From IMG/VR virus record IMGVR_UViG_3300031227_000013: a DNA stretch of 64,000 nt; one strand, written 5' to 3'. Position 1 is the first letter of the stretch. Each line of letters begins with the position of its first letter. This stretch comes from a virus. The notes under the pieces are model-generated. The model had not been told where the DNA came from and searched no databases. It worked only from the letters and a program-made list of their open reading frames with translations. Below are positions 16,307 to 25,216 of the stretch, piece after piece. The position numbers were made by a program, and so were the translations under genes.

Positions 16307-17796
16307 TACATTATGTCCTTATCTTTATCGTCACGGTCTTTCCAAGCAACAACCGTTCCGTCCTCTTTGACCAAAGGCCATCTGTTTACATACTTACCAG
16401 CGGCATCGTCAACATTAACGTTTTCGAGGTAGAGTATACACAGAGCTGCTATGGCACTGTAGTTATGAGCTGCTCTGATCTGAGGGAGCGATTCCACCAG
16501 ATCTCCCAGACAGGGTTTACCATCAGGAAATACATGCGGAGCATGCATCCCTCTGGAGTTATATCCCGTAATCTGCTGAGTAGTATTTAACATTAGTATT
16601 TCTTTATTAACATCTGTAGGAACTTCAATACGAAAAGCTCCGACCTCGTGGTTAAGTTTCGTACGTGGGTCAATAACATATACTGTATCTGTTATTATAT
16701 GTACCCCGTCCTTAACAATCCGTACTCCTCTGACATGCTTCTGGGAATACAGGTCACGAATCATTTTGTTAGCTCTTTCATCAAAATTATTCGATGTACC
16801 TGCTTCAACCATCTGCATCTTTGCAGTACGATCTCTTAATTTAAGCGTCAAATGTCCCTGATGCTTTTCAATCTCTTTTGAAAGTTTATCAATTGTGTCC
16901 TGCAGCCCTTTATACTCGACTGAAAGAACATCCTCAACAAACTTTATCAGCCTTTCCCGATCTTTCTTCTCACGGGTCTTGGCGATATCAGCGACTTCTG
17001 ACTTGAGTTGCTCCGTTCCCAGTTGCTCTTTGAATAGCTCCAAAGATTTTCTGAAAATGGTGATTGCTGAAATGGAAGGCTTCTGAACCGCATCCCATAG
17101 AAAATAGAGATGATTCGGTTTAACATATTCCATTATTGCAACACCTGTCTTAGGATCATTAATTCCCACCCCACTGTCTGTAAGAGGGAACATAGGATCT
17201 TCACAGCCTACTTTCTTTCCGAATAGACTTGATGGAGGAATTAACTTACCATCAGCTCCGCCTATCAGACTATCTGCTTTAGGAGAAGACCATACTCTAA
17301 TATTCAGGTCATGCTCACAGTCCTCAGGAAGTTCAATATCCCCGTTAGGAACTGTAACAGATACATTCGTATATACATCCTGTAACACTTCTTCAACAAC
17401 TTTTATGAAGTCTTCACGACCACGTCCATCCCACTTATCGGGAGATGATTGTACTGTGATACTTCCAGATCCCGCACTTACTACCTCGGCCTCATTAGGG
17501 GCTGGAGGTGCAACGGGCGGTATATCTTCCAGAGGATCAGGAACTACTTCTTCAGCCGTTACTTCTACTTGTGGAGTATCATTATTGGTTCTTTCCCGGA
17601 AAGTTGTTCTTAGAAAAGAAATACCTTCAAACATTGTTCGTTCATCATTAAACTCTATATTCTGTCCCATTACCGGATGTACTTCTACCCGAGGTATCAG
17701 AAATCCGTCCACATCATTGATGTTGAATGTAGGTGAGCTACCAGCCCAGCCCAATTCAGTTAGTTTGTCTAGTTGTTCTCGTGTTACGAAATACAT
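16306..17796 (-). CDS. Multidomain protein with a C-terminal E2/UBC-like conjugating domain
   Basis: C-terminal 'FRIEVP...HAPHVFPDGKPCLGD' matches the E2 HP-x-V...G-x-x-C-L catalytic signature; preceded by a coiled coil. Confidence 0.8.
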   Translation of the reverse strand: MYFVTREQLDKLTELGWAGSSPTFNINDVDGFLIPRVEVHPVMGQNIEFNDERTMFEGISFLRTTFRERTNNDTPQVEVTAEEVVPDPLEDIPPVAPPAPNEAEVVSAGSGSITVQSSPDKWDGRGREDFIKVVEEVLQDVYTNVSVTVPNGDIELPEDCEHDLNIRVWSSPKADSLIGGADGKLIPPSSLFGKKVGCEDPMFPLTDSGVGINDPKTGVAIMEYVKPNHLYFLWDAVQKPSISAITIFRKSLELFKEQLGTEQLKSEVADIAKTREKKDRERLIKFVEDVLSVEYKGLQDTIDKLSKEIEKHQGHLTLKLRDRTAKMQMVEAGTSNNFDERANKMIRDLYSQKHVRGVRIVKDGVHIITDTVYVIDPRTKLNHEVGAFRIEVPTDVNKEILMLNTTQQITGYNSRGMHAPHVFPDGKPCLGDLVESLPQIRAAHNYSAIAALCILYLENVNVDDAAGKYVNRWPLVKEDGTVVAWKDRDDKDKDIM

Positions 17797-17959
17797 TTAT
17801 CCCTTTCTATGTTAAAATTAATTTCGTTTTATATAGATAAAGCAGATAAGGGTGGCAGGCCGTCTGGGCAAAACCCTGTTTCATGACCACCATTTTGTAT
17901 AAAAATACTCGGCCTCATATCCGCTAAAAACAATGATAGTTATATCATCTTAGTAATCT

Positions 17960-17990
17960 ATTATGCCACAAAAACGCGATAAATTAAGTT
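17960..17990 (-). promoter_or_regulatory. Recurrent promoter-like motif, copy 4, upstream of the Ubl operon
   Basis: AACTTA-N19-CATAAT. Confidence 0.65.
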
Positions 17991-18439
17991 CGAAGATACT
18001 GCTCGTCACAAGTTATCGCAACAGCTAGGGCTGAATATATATCCGACTTAAATCCTTTAAGTTTACCTTTAGGTCGTTTTCCCGGAATTAGGTCAGGTTC
18101 GAATCGATCGAGTAGCTCCTGACGTATTCCACAGTCTTTAGCGGCTCCTGTGCCGCAGATATACTTTTTCTCGTCGACACGCTTTATTCTGTAGTGTGTT
18201 CCTTTAAAAGCCTGCATACATTTTCCTATAAAGAAACAGGTTTCAAAAGTCTCTTTTCCGACTCGGGCTCCATACGAACATATGGTCTCTATCGCCATTA
18301 CATCAGCCTGTCCACCTTCTACAATACCCAGCATTCTCTCATTACTTATTTTACCGAATGCATAAATTTCCTCTGTCTCATTATTATACGTAACATACCC
18401 AGATTCCGTAGTTCCGGGGTCTACTCCTAATATTATCAT
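17984..18439 (-). CDS. ruvC: RuvC-like Holliday junction resolvase
   Basis: MIILGVDPGTTESG (D), AIE (E), C-terminal DIYSALAVA helix. Confidence 0.8.
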   Translation of the reverse strand: MIILGVDPGTTESGYVTYNNETEEIYAFGKISNERMLGIVEGGQADVMAIETICSYGARVGKETFETCFFIGKCMQAFKGTHYRIKRVDEKKYICGTGAAKDCGIRQELLDRFEPDLIPGKRPKGKLKGFKSDIYSALAVAITCDEQYLRT

Positions 18440-19107
18440 GTCATTACCTTTCTTCCGGGAATATACACCTCTTCATCACTTGTTCTTCCCAGTATGTTTT
18501 TTAGTATTTCATCCATCATTACCGTATTCTGTTCCGCCACTGTATACGGACCCATCTTACAATCATACTCTTCCCCCAGCCGGTCTTCGTAATTAGTATT
18601 CAGAGGACACCGATATCCGGAAGACGCTTTCTTACTTACAAGCTTGCATATGTCCTTAAGAGGCCCTTTAAAACTAGCTAGAGTTTCTCCAAAAGATCTA
18701 CGTACAGATTCGTAGTCAGATATAGCCAGGCAGGGCTTGTAGTTCATGTACTCTTTCAGCCCGACCCAACTATTACCGGCTATCAGCTTTCTGTTCCACC
18801 AGTCATTATTGTATACTATGTAGGATATGTTATTCTCCTGCATAAGCCCGACCAGTTTATTTTCTACTACTTCGGGCAGGACAGCCTCTGCATAATAACT
18901 GTTGATAGATATTCCGGTATACTGCATGTTGCCCCTTACATTACCTCCCAGAACATATTCGTTATACAGAACTCCTTTAAGCATATAAGCTACCTGAACA
19001 ATAGCGGCGTCTGCTTTTACTGAATCAGACGCCATGTTCAATACTATATAATTATCAGGATCCTGTACCCCTGCCTTCTCTTTAAGAAACTCCCTGATAA
19101 TACCCAT
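18436..19107 (-). CDS. DnaQ/DEDDh exonuclease-fold protein with degenerate active site
   Basis: YIVLNMASD (ExoI position), AAIVQVAY, YTGIS, IVYNNDWWN (ExoII position) follow the DnaQ pattern with the acidic ligands replaced. Confidence 0.5.
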   Translation of the reverse strand: MGIIREFLKEKAGVQDPDNYIVLNMASDSVKADAAIVQVAYMLKGVLYNEYVLGGNVRGNMQYTGISINSYYAEAVLPEVVENKLVGLMQENNISYIVYNNDWWNRKLIAGNSWVGLKEYMNYKPCLAISDYESVRRSFGETLASFKGPLKDICKLVSKKASSGYRCPLNTNYEDRLGEEYDCKMGPYTVAEQNTVMMDEILKNILGRTSDEEVYIPGRKVMT

Positions 19108-19702
19108 AGCTCTCCTTACGCATAATAAACCGTTCCTTCACTTCGTGTTCGACACCCCAGTCCTTACGCTTCATCAAACTTATAAGCTCCTTCTGCAGAC
19201 CTGCTATTTCCTCAGCTCCGGGATAATTGCTATCCTTCGCGGGATACAGCTCCACCATCAGTAGACAATCGTCACGGGCTACCCGGTCTATTTCCCCCAT
19301 GGTATATGCTATCTCCCATGTGTCGAGAAACATCAGGACGTAATTAGCAAGTATTATGTTCACTGTCGACATACCTGTCGGGAATGCTTCCTTACCCAGA
19401 ACAAGTTTTTCCCCTACATCCCCTGCCATATCGTATCCGGAGATATTATGAAACCCCTGTTCCATCAGGTAGTTCGAGTTGCGTCCATTACCGCATCCAA
19501 TATCCATCACGACCTCTTCCGCCCAGGTTTCTCCTCTCTTTAGGAGATCGATCTTCTTCACCAGATAGGGGGTAGGATCTTCCCTGGAACATCTTACGCA
19601 CCATCTGTCATTCATATATTTTCGACTCATATTATCCTCTATTATTATAAAACTCAGCTTCCATACAATCGTATATATACTTACCGAGTTCAGGCAGTAC
19701 AC
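19082..19702 (-). CDS. Class I SAM-dependent methyltransferase
   Basis: VMDIGCGNGRN, GYD, NIILANYVLMFL. Confidence 0.85.
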   Translation of the reverse strand: MYCLNSVSIYTIVWKLSFIIIEDNMSRKYMNDRWCVRCSREDPTPYLVKKIDLLKRGETWAEEVVMDIGCGNGRNSNYLMEQGFHNISGYDMAGDVGEKLVLGKEAFPTGMSTVNIILANYVLMFLDTWEIAYTMGEIDRVARDDCLLMVELYPAKDSNYPGAEEIAGLQKELISLMKRKDWGVEHEVKERFIMRKESYGYYQGVS

Positions 19703-20249
19703 AATTCCTCAGTACCTGCCTCTTATTCTTAATTTTATATTCCGATAGGTCGAAACCATACTTATCCTGTAGGTCAGGTATCTGTGCTTTCCTTATATTA
19801 TCCTTAGCAAAAGACTTATCCCCAATAGAAAAGTTACACCAGAACAGGTGTCTCTGCAGAACCTTATCCGGTTCGATCAGGGGAGTATAATAAGGTTTCA
19901 CATTCTCCACAACCCACGGACAATTAGCATTATACTTCAGAAATAGTATCTCCTCGTATAACTGCATATCTGGATATTTAGGTTCCGTACCTCTATACCG
20001 TACACATATATTCTGCCGGAAAGACGAATGACTCTGACACGGGGGACTGCTCCATATGAAATCATATTCTTTATAATGCAGTCTCAAATACTCATGTGCG
20101 TCCCCTATAACTATTGTGTCCTCAGGAAACTGTGTATGATAAAAACCAGCTATGTCTTCATTCATCTCTACAGCTGTCACCTCAACACCTTCGCCCCACA
20201 ACTTCCTATTTCCTCCAATTCCAGAATAATTATTCAATATTTTTATCAT
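19632..20249 (-). CDS. Short DNA cytosine-C5 methyltransferase
   Basis: YSGIGG (motif I), SPPCQS (IV), VENV (VI), QRHLFW (VIII), RQVLRNCV (X). Confidence 0.85.
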   Translation of the reverse strand: MIKILNNYSGIGGNRKLWGEGVEVTAVEMNEDIAGFYHTQFPEDTIVIGDAHEYLRLHYKEYDFIWSSPPCQSHSSFRQNICVRYRGTEPKYPDMQLYEEILFLKYNANCPWVVENVKPYYTPLIEPDKVLQRHLFWCNFSIGDKSFAKDNIRKAQIPDLQDKYGFDLSEYKIKNKRQVLRNCVLPELGKYIYDCMEAEFYNNRG

Positions 20250-20263
20250 TATATATCTCTTAT

Positions 20264-20863
20264 TTAAGTTATCAATTTTCCATACTGGTTAGCCAACGCA
20301 TCCGCTACACCTTGAAAAGTCTTGCTTCTCAGCTTAGCCCTTTCCGGTGACGGAGGTAGGTAATGCAGTCTCTGCTGTTTATTTTTAGGCAGTTTCTCCA
20401 TCTCCTCTTTGACTATATTAGTAGGGACCAGTTTAGGTAGACCTTTCAACCATAGACAGGTAGCCTTACTTTCCGGATGTCCGAACTGCCATGGCTGGAT
20501 AATCTGATCCGGCTTACGGTAGTGTGTAGACATTATTCCAATAGGATTTTCAATAACTGTTAAGGGACAGTTGACATTAGTAAATTTCATAAAGAAATCT
20601 ATACCTTGTTGCTGTCGTCCATCCGCTCTCTTTTGTTTAAACCATGCCGCACCGCTGCATGCTAGATGAGTGCAGGGAGGAAAAGCGAGAATCACATCCC
20701 ACTCCTCTTTAAGTAAAGGTGTCACATCCTGTTGAAAATGCCAATCAGGATTTCCTCCTTCACTACACTCTATTATATCGCATGAATATGCTTCATGCCC
20801 CAGCTTGCGAAACGCTTGTGTAACAACTTGGCTTTCCTCACATGCTACCAATATCTTACCCAT
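20264..20863 (-). CDS. Short cytosine-C5 methyltransferase-like phage protein
   Basis: VACEES, FPPCTHL, IENP, KATCLW, RSKTFQGVADA. Confidence 0.8.
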   Translation of the reverse strand: MGKILVACEESQVVTQAFRKLGHEAYSCDIIECSEGGNPDWHFQQDVTPLLKEEWDVILAFPPCTHLACSGAAWFKQKRADGRQQQGIDFFMKFTNVNCPLTVIENPIGIMSTHYRKPDQIIQPWQFGHPESKATCLWLKGLPKLVPTNIVKEEMEKLPKNKQQRLHYLPPSPERAKLRSKTFQGVADALANQYGKLIT

Positions 20864-20879
20864 TTCATATATCTCTTAT

Positions 20880-21365
20880 TTAATAATTTACATTCATCAC
20901 ATTATCTGTAACAATTATCGTACCGGTATCTTCCCATTCTTCACCGCGCCATTCAACTTCTCCGTTAAGCACATACCCCCAGCGTTTTATAAACTTATCA
21001 ATTATGTACTGCATCCACTCTGTATAATCATAGAACTTTTCTGCATAGTTCCATTCTATACCATCTTCTTCCTCAGTAGGCACCCAGCTACACCACAGCC
21101 CCGGTTGTGTTCCTCCCGGGTTATTATTCTCCAGAACAGATTCAAGCTGCTCACCAGCTAATCCACCTGTTCCTATAAAAAACTCACCATCCACACCCAG
21201 CCCCAAATTAACAGCTGTCCGGAGAGGGTCCTTCAACTTTCTAAGTTGCTTGACATCTCTTTTCATATGCCGTATATCAGAGAAGGCATGTAAATAAGCG
21301 TTATGCTCTGGTCTTAATTTCTTATCCAGATTAAACATTCCTCTGAAATCTGTTGTATAACCCAT
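20880..21365 (-). CDS. Conserved phage hypothetical protein
   Basis: MGYTTDFRG...QPGLWCSW...EKFYDYTEW...LNGEVEWRGEEWED pattern. Confidence 0.75.
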   Translation of the reverse strand: MGYTTDFRGMFNLDKKLRPEHNAYLHAFSDIRHMKRDVKQLRKLKDPLRTAVNLGLGVDGEFFIGTGGLAGEQLESVLENNNPGGTQPGLWCSWVPTEEEDGIEWNYAEKFYDYTEWMQYIIDKFIKRWGYVLNGEVEWRGEEWEDTGTIIVTDNVMNVNY

Positions 21366-21565
21366 CTTAATTTTCCTTTATAGTTATGCTACCACACATC
21401 GGAATATCTCTTCCGAGCTCGGTATCATATATTTTTACATTGTCTAAAACTTTATCTATTTCTTCTTCAACAGCCCGCATCACCTCCCACTCCGATACGG
21501 CTGTTCCATCTGTACTGTCTATATCTATTTCAGCTGTAAGTATCATAAATGCCCCGCTATCCCTG

Positions 21566-22222
21566 TTAATGTTTCATATATATCACATGCTTGAAATCAC
21601 TATCCCAGCATCTTCGGCATGCTCCGCAGTCAGTATGATTCATTGTAGCAGGACATATTATTGTCTTAGGATATATCGATATATCCGATGCCACAGAAGA
21701 GGAAGACGCACCCTTTCTGGTAACAAACTCCATCACATTATCCAGAGGAGCATCATTCACCATCGCAGTACTCAGCCTGATATTCAGATTGTCAGGTATT
21801 TCCTTATCCGCAAATGTAAAGTACACTGTATTGTGCTCCAGTGTAGGAAGCCAAAAATGTATATCCTTACAGTTATTACATACCTCCAGAATCCTTTCCA
21901 GATGTGCCTTGTCCTGCAGGTCCCCGCTATCATGAAATCTGAAATAGGGTACTTTAGCACAGTAGTGCGTTATAAGGAACGACATAGCATCCACCCATTC
22001 AGGATACCTGATTGCCGCTAATCGACGCGAGAGGGCGTTCTGAACGTTCTTAAAACGATATCTGCCTTTACACGCATAACAACTATAACATACGGATTCT
22101 TTTACTTTCCGTAGATATTTTCCAGTAGGGCAATGTGATGTGGGTAGATTATAACTATAACCCGGCATCTTGGAAGGATTCCCCAGCCCCCCTGTAATCT
22201 CTTTCGCCTGTCTTATATTCAT
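21566..22222 (-). CDS. Gp88-like (radical SAM-related) phage protein
   Basis: SKMPGYSYNLP...CP...VCYSCYA, FRFHDSGD, WLPT, C-terminal CPA...CGACRRCW. Confidence 0.8.
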   Translation of the reverse strand: MNIRQAKEITGGLGNPSKMPGYSYNLPTSHCPTGKYLRKVKESVCYSCYACKGRYRFKNVQNALSRRLAAIRYPEWVDAMSFLITHYCAKVPYFRFHDSGDLQDKAHLERILEVCNNCKDIHFWLPTLEHNTVYFTFADKEIPDNLNIRLSTAMVNDAPLDNVMEFVTRKGASSSSVASDISIYPKTIICPATMNHTDCGACRRCWDSDFKHVIYMKH

Positions 22223-22251
22223 TATTTGTTACCTTATATGTTTATTATATA

Positions 22252-23031
22252 CTATCGATTTAAAGATCCGGATATGTGGAATATAAAATTATCATCCTCA
22301 TAATCCAGTTTTTCCGCACTTCCTTTATATTCGTATACCTCGAACAGACTGTCCAGATCCATATACGGGATTCCTTTACCTGTGACCCAATTGAAGTTCA
22401 CAAGCCACCTATCATCTTCGAGCTTGGTAAAACAATCTTCAAAACAGTTCTCAAAGTTTCTCTGGAGTGAATCCTCCGGTTTAAAATTGGAACTGGATTT
22501 AAGTATGTTTATCAGATCTCCTGAAGGTCTTGGAAAATATACTTCTTTCTCGTATGCTGAAAGGTAAAAAGACGGAGGTACTACCCTATCTGTCGCTATC
22601 TTATTCTCTGACTCCACCATCAGTCTCAATACACGAAGGATGTTTATATCTCCGGATCTTACGTCACTCAGCTGATAAGGAAGACTGCCATACTCCACGT
22701 TCTTTATAAGCCCCGCGGGATAAGCATCCTCACCGACATATAGATCAGCAGGCATAACAACTCTCTTTCTACTGTTCTGTTTGTTAACAGCCCGCAGAAG
22801 GTCAGTACTGAATATAATCTTCTTAGTCTTATCTATACGCTGGGTAGTTCCGGCTATCTTACGGGCCATCACTGTTCCTTTATATAAGAACGTCACATAT
22901 ACGAAGACCATGTTCAGTCTGTAGAAGCTATCGTTAAGAGGAGCTACCCCTTTCCATGTTATAAGACATGAGTCGGGGTTGTTCTCAAAATATTCCGCTA
23001 CACTTCCTATAATATCCTCAGTCTTCATCAA
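22252..23031 (-). CDS. Hypothetical protein
   Basis: 259-aa ORF in the operon. Confidence 0.75.
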   Translation of the reverse strand: MMKTEDIIGSVAEYFENNPDSCLITWKGVAPLNDSFYRLNMVFVYVTFLYKGTVMARKIAGTTQRIDKTKKIIFSTDLLRAVNKQNSRKRVVMPADLYVGEDAYPAGLIKNVEYGSLPYQLSDVRSGDINILRVLRLMVESENKIATDRVVPPSFYLSAYEKEVYFPRPSGDLINILKSSSNFKPEDSLQRNFENCFEDCFTKLEDDRWLVNFNWVTGKGIPYMDLDSLFEVYEYKGSAEKLDYEDDNFIFHISGSLNR

Positions 23032-23395
23032 TAGTCTCCTTCAGCTCAGTCTTCATATAATCAGTTATTATCATATACTCACCCATTTTTTTCTTCAGGC
23101 AATGTTGGCATATATCAGCTTCCACTCTATGACCGTCTCCGAATACAGAATTACAACCACATATAAAATTTATATGCAGAAAGTCCTGTAGCTCCATACT
23201 GTCCTCAATATCGTTATGCATATATGCTTTTTGACATATATCGCATATGACACCTCTCGGTACATTCTTCTGCACCTGTGTAAATACACAATCGCTAATT
23301 ATCATCTTTATCCACCTTTCCGTAATTAAATAATGCACCTTCTTTAAATACCGGAGGTAATATATTATATGTGTTAAGATGATCCAGGTACGCAT
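23018..23395 (-). CDS. Zinc-binding hypothetical protein (true start likely internal)
   Basis: CDIC...CGCNSVFGDG...DICQHC. Confidence 0.6.
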   Translation of the reverse strand: MRTWIILTHIIYYLRYLKKVHYLITERWIKMIISDCVFTQVQKNVPRGVICDICQKAYMHNDIEDSMELQDFLHINFICGCNSVFGDGHRVEADICQHCLKKKMGEYMIITDYMKTELKETIDED

Positions 23396-23855
23396 CCCTT
23401 AATTCTTTAGGCATAGTTCTTAGTACCAGAGATAGCTGAACAGCTTCCTCCATCTTAGCAGGGTTTATTTCCGGAGCATCCGTCGTCAGACGCATACTGT
23501 GCCAATAGAAATCCATCATACATATAAAGAATTTATATAGAAATTCCGAAGCATCCATCGGGTGCATTCTATTAAACAGAAATTCCAGTTGAGGAAGTCC
23601 GTCATCTGCCCATGTCTTATCCGACAACACTGCTGATTTCATAAAATACGCCAAATCTCTAGACATCTGTCGGGCTGCGTCGTGATCTTTATTTTCTCCC
23701 TCATTCATATCCTTGAATATTTTAAACGCAGAACTCAAAACTCCCCGCATGCCTTGTGTTATATCTGCAGCAGGAGCATAGAAGGCTATATTACCTTTGT
23801 CCTTAGGACGTACACGCATGTACGACGTCTCCGACTTCTTTTTCTTTTTCGCCAT
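23295..23855 (-). CDS. Hypothetical protein
   Basis: 186-aa ORF; start/stop positions approximate. Confidence 0.65.
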   Translation of the reverse strand: MAKKKKKSETSYMRVRPKDKGNIAFYAPAADITQGMRGVLSSAFKIFKDMNEGENKDHDAARQMSRDLAYFMKSAVLSDKTWADDGLPQLEFLFNRMHPMDASEFLYKFFICMMDFYWHSMRLTTDAPEINPAKMEEAVQLSLVLRTMPKELRDAYLDHLNTYNILPPVFKEGALFNYGKVDKDDN

Positions 23856-24786
23856 TATTTACTACCTTTCTTTTTTCAAACAAATCCTTAGCTTCTAACC
23901 AGCGATCTGTTTCAATACATTGATTACATGTTTCATTGCCCGGCTTCATAACCCCAGGATGCCCTTCCGCACAGTTCCCTAGAATATAGGTTACCTTGTG
24001 TAAAGCTCCGGGGCACTCATCCAGCCCATTTAAACAATCTACACATTCTATATTACAATCCCCATGTCTTATATGATATAAAGTATTGTTATGCTTCTTC
24101 TGAGAATTAGATACACTGAAGGCTACCATTTTAGCAGCCCCCTTATTCTTCACAAGATTACATGTGAACCGTGTGTTGTACGCTTCACCTGCATCAAACT
24201 GAGCATATTTAGGATACCCTATCTCACGAAGCATATACTTTATAAACTTGTTAGACATCTTCTGTATTACAGACATTCCGGCAGGTATACCTGCCGTTAC
24301 AAAAACTGTAAGTTCCTTACCTCTATACATCCCATAGAATTCTGTACTTCCTAATACCTCCACAGGTACCCACACCGGTATATTTGTATCCATCCATACT
24401 GGAATAACCTTATCGCTCCTGATATATTCCATATTTCCTGATATACGAACAGCCATCTGAAATAAAGATTTCGGATTAACTTCCCGCATCAGAAAAGATC
24501 TATACAGAGAATTATATATCGTTGTGAATTTATTAAGAGGGTAATTAAGAGTGTGGCACATGCACTTAGATATTTTCTCACATGTGCCTGGAGTAACTAT
24601 ACGATCAAACTTATCCCTATTCATAAGTAAGTCTGAATATACACTTAAGCGTATTTTAGACAGCTTAGAAAGAGAAAAAGAGGGGGCTTCCACCAATAAG
24701 GGTATAGTACCTTTTTCCGGGTGAAAGCGGGGGGAACTTACTTCGTCAAATATATGTAGATTCTTTTCATCAGAATTCAAACGCAT
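23803..24786 (-). CDS. Hypothetical protein with a Cys-rich C-terminus
   Basis: CNIECVDC...C...C...CNQC. Confidence 0.7.
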   Translation of the reverse strand: MRLNSDEKNLHIFDEVSSPRFHPEKGTIPLLVEAPSFSLSKLSKIRLSVYSDLLMNRDKFDRIVTPGTCEKISKCMCHTLNYPLNKFTTIYNSLYRSFLMREVNPKSLFQMAVRISGNMEYIRSDKVIPVWMDTNIPVWVPVEVLGSTEFYGMYRGKELTVFVTAGIPAGMSVIQKMSNKFIKYMLREIGYPKYAQFDAGEAYNTRFTCNLVKNKGAAKMVAFSVSNSQKKHNNTLYHIRHGDCNIECVDCLNGLDECPGALHKVTYILGNCAEGHPGVMKPGNETCNQCIETDRWLEAKDLFEKRKVVNNGEKEKEVGDVVHACTS

Positions 24787-25204
24787 CGTCTTTAATTTTT
24801 ACAGTCAACCTTTTTATAATTTTCTTTTCAAATTTTTCTACATATTTCTCGTCTTCCTTCTTATCAGGAACACTGTTATAATCATAATCTTTCTTATGAC
24901 CATCTATCTCATTGTATATCTCACTATCATCAAAATCAGAACATGTTTCATCATCTAGAAATTTATAAACATCATCTCCGAACGAAACAGGATCCTTATA
25001 TCCGGAAGTCCCATACAACTCCACAGAAGTCATATGTCTTTCCATATCGTTATTAACAGCTATTGTATCCATATTCACAGACCCTTTACGTTTAGCTTTA
25101 TGTTTTTTACGACACAGTCTACAAACCCGCTCTGCGGGAGAACTGCTTGAAAACAGTTCTCCGCAATCTTTGTATAAACACCTTCTCAGAGCGGTTCGCG
25201 ACAT
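24770..25204 (-). CDS. Zinc-finger plus acidic protein
   Basis: CLYKDC...CRLC. Confidence 0.7.
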   Translation of the reverse strand: MSRTALRRCLYKDCGELFSSSSPAERVCRLCRKKHKAKRKGSVNMDTIAVNNDMERHMTSVELYGTSGYKDPVSFGDDVYKFLDDETCSDFDDSEIYNEIDGHKKDYDYNSVPDKKEDEKYVEKFEKKIIKRLTVKIKDDAFEF

Positions 25205-25216
25205 CTTCGTATTCCT

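Noticed and set aside
17840-17880. ZMP/ZTP riboswitch-like 'GCCGUCUGGGCA' on the plus strand
   Set aside because: Only a partial 3' resemblance, wrong strand for the operon, and the 5' consensus is missing
18085-18110. tRNA T-loop-like GGTTCGAATC
   Set aside because: Inside ruvC coding sequence; no cloverleaf
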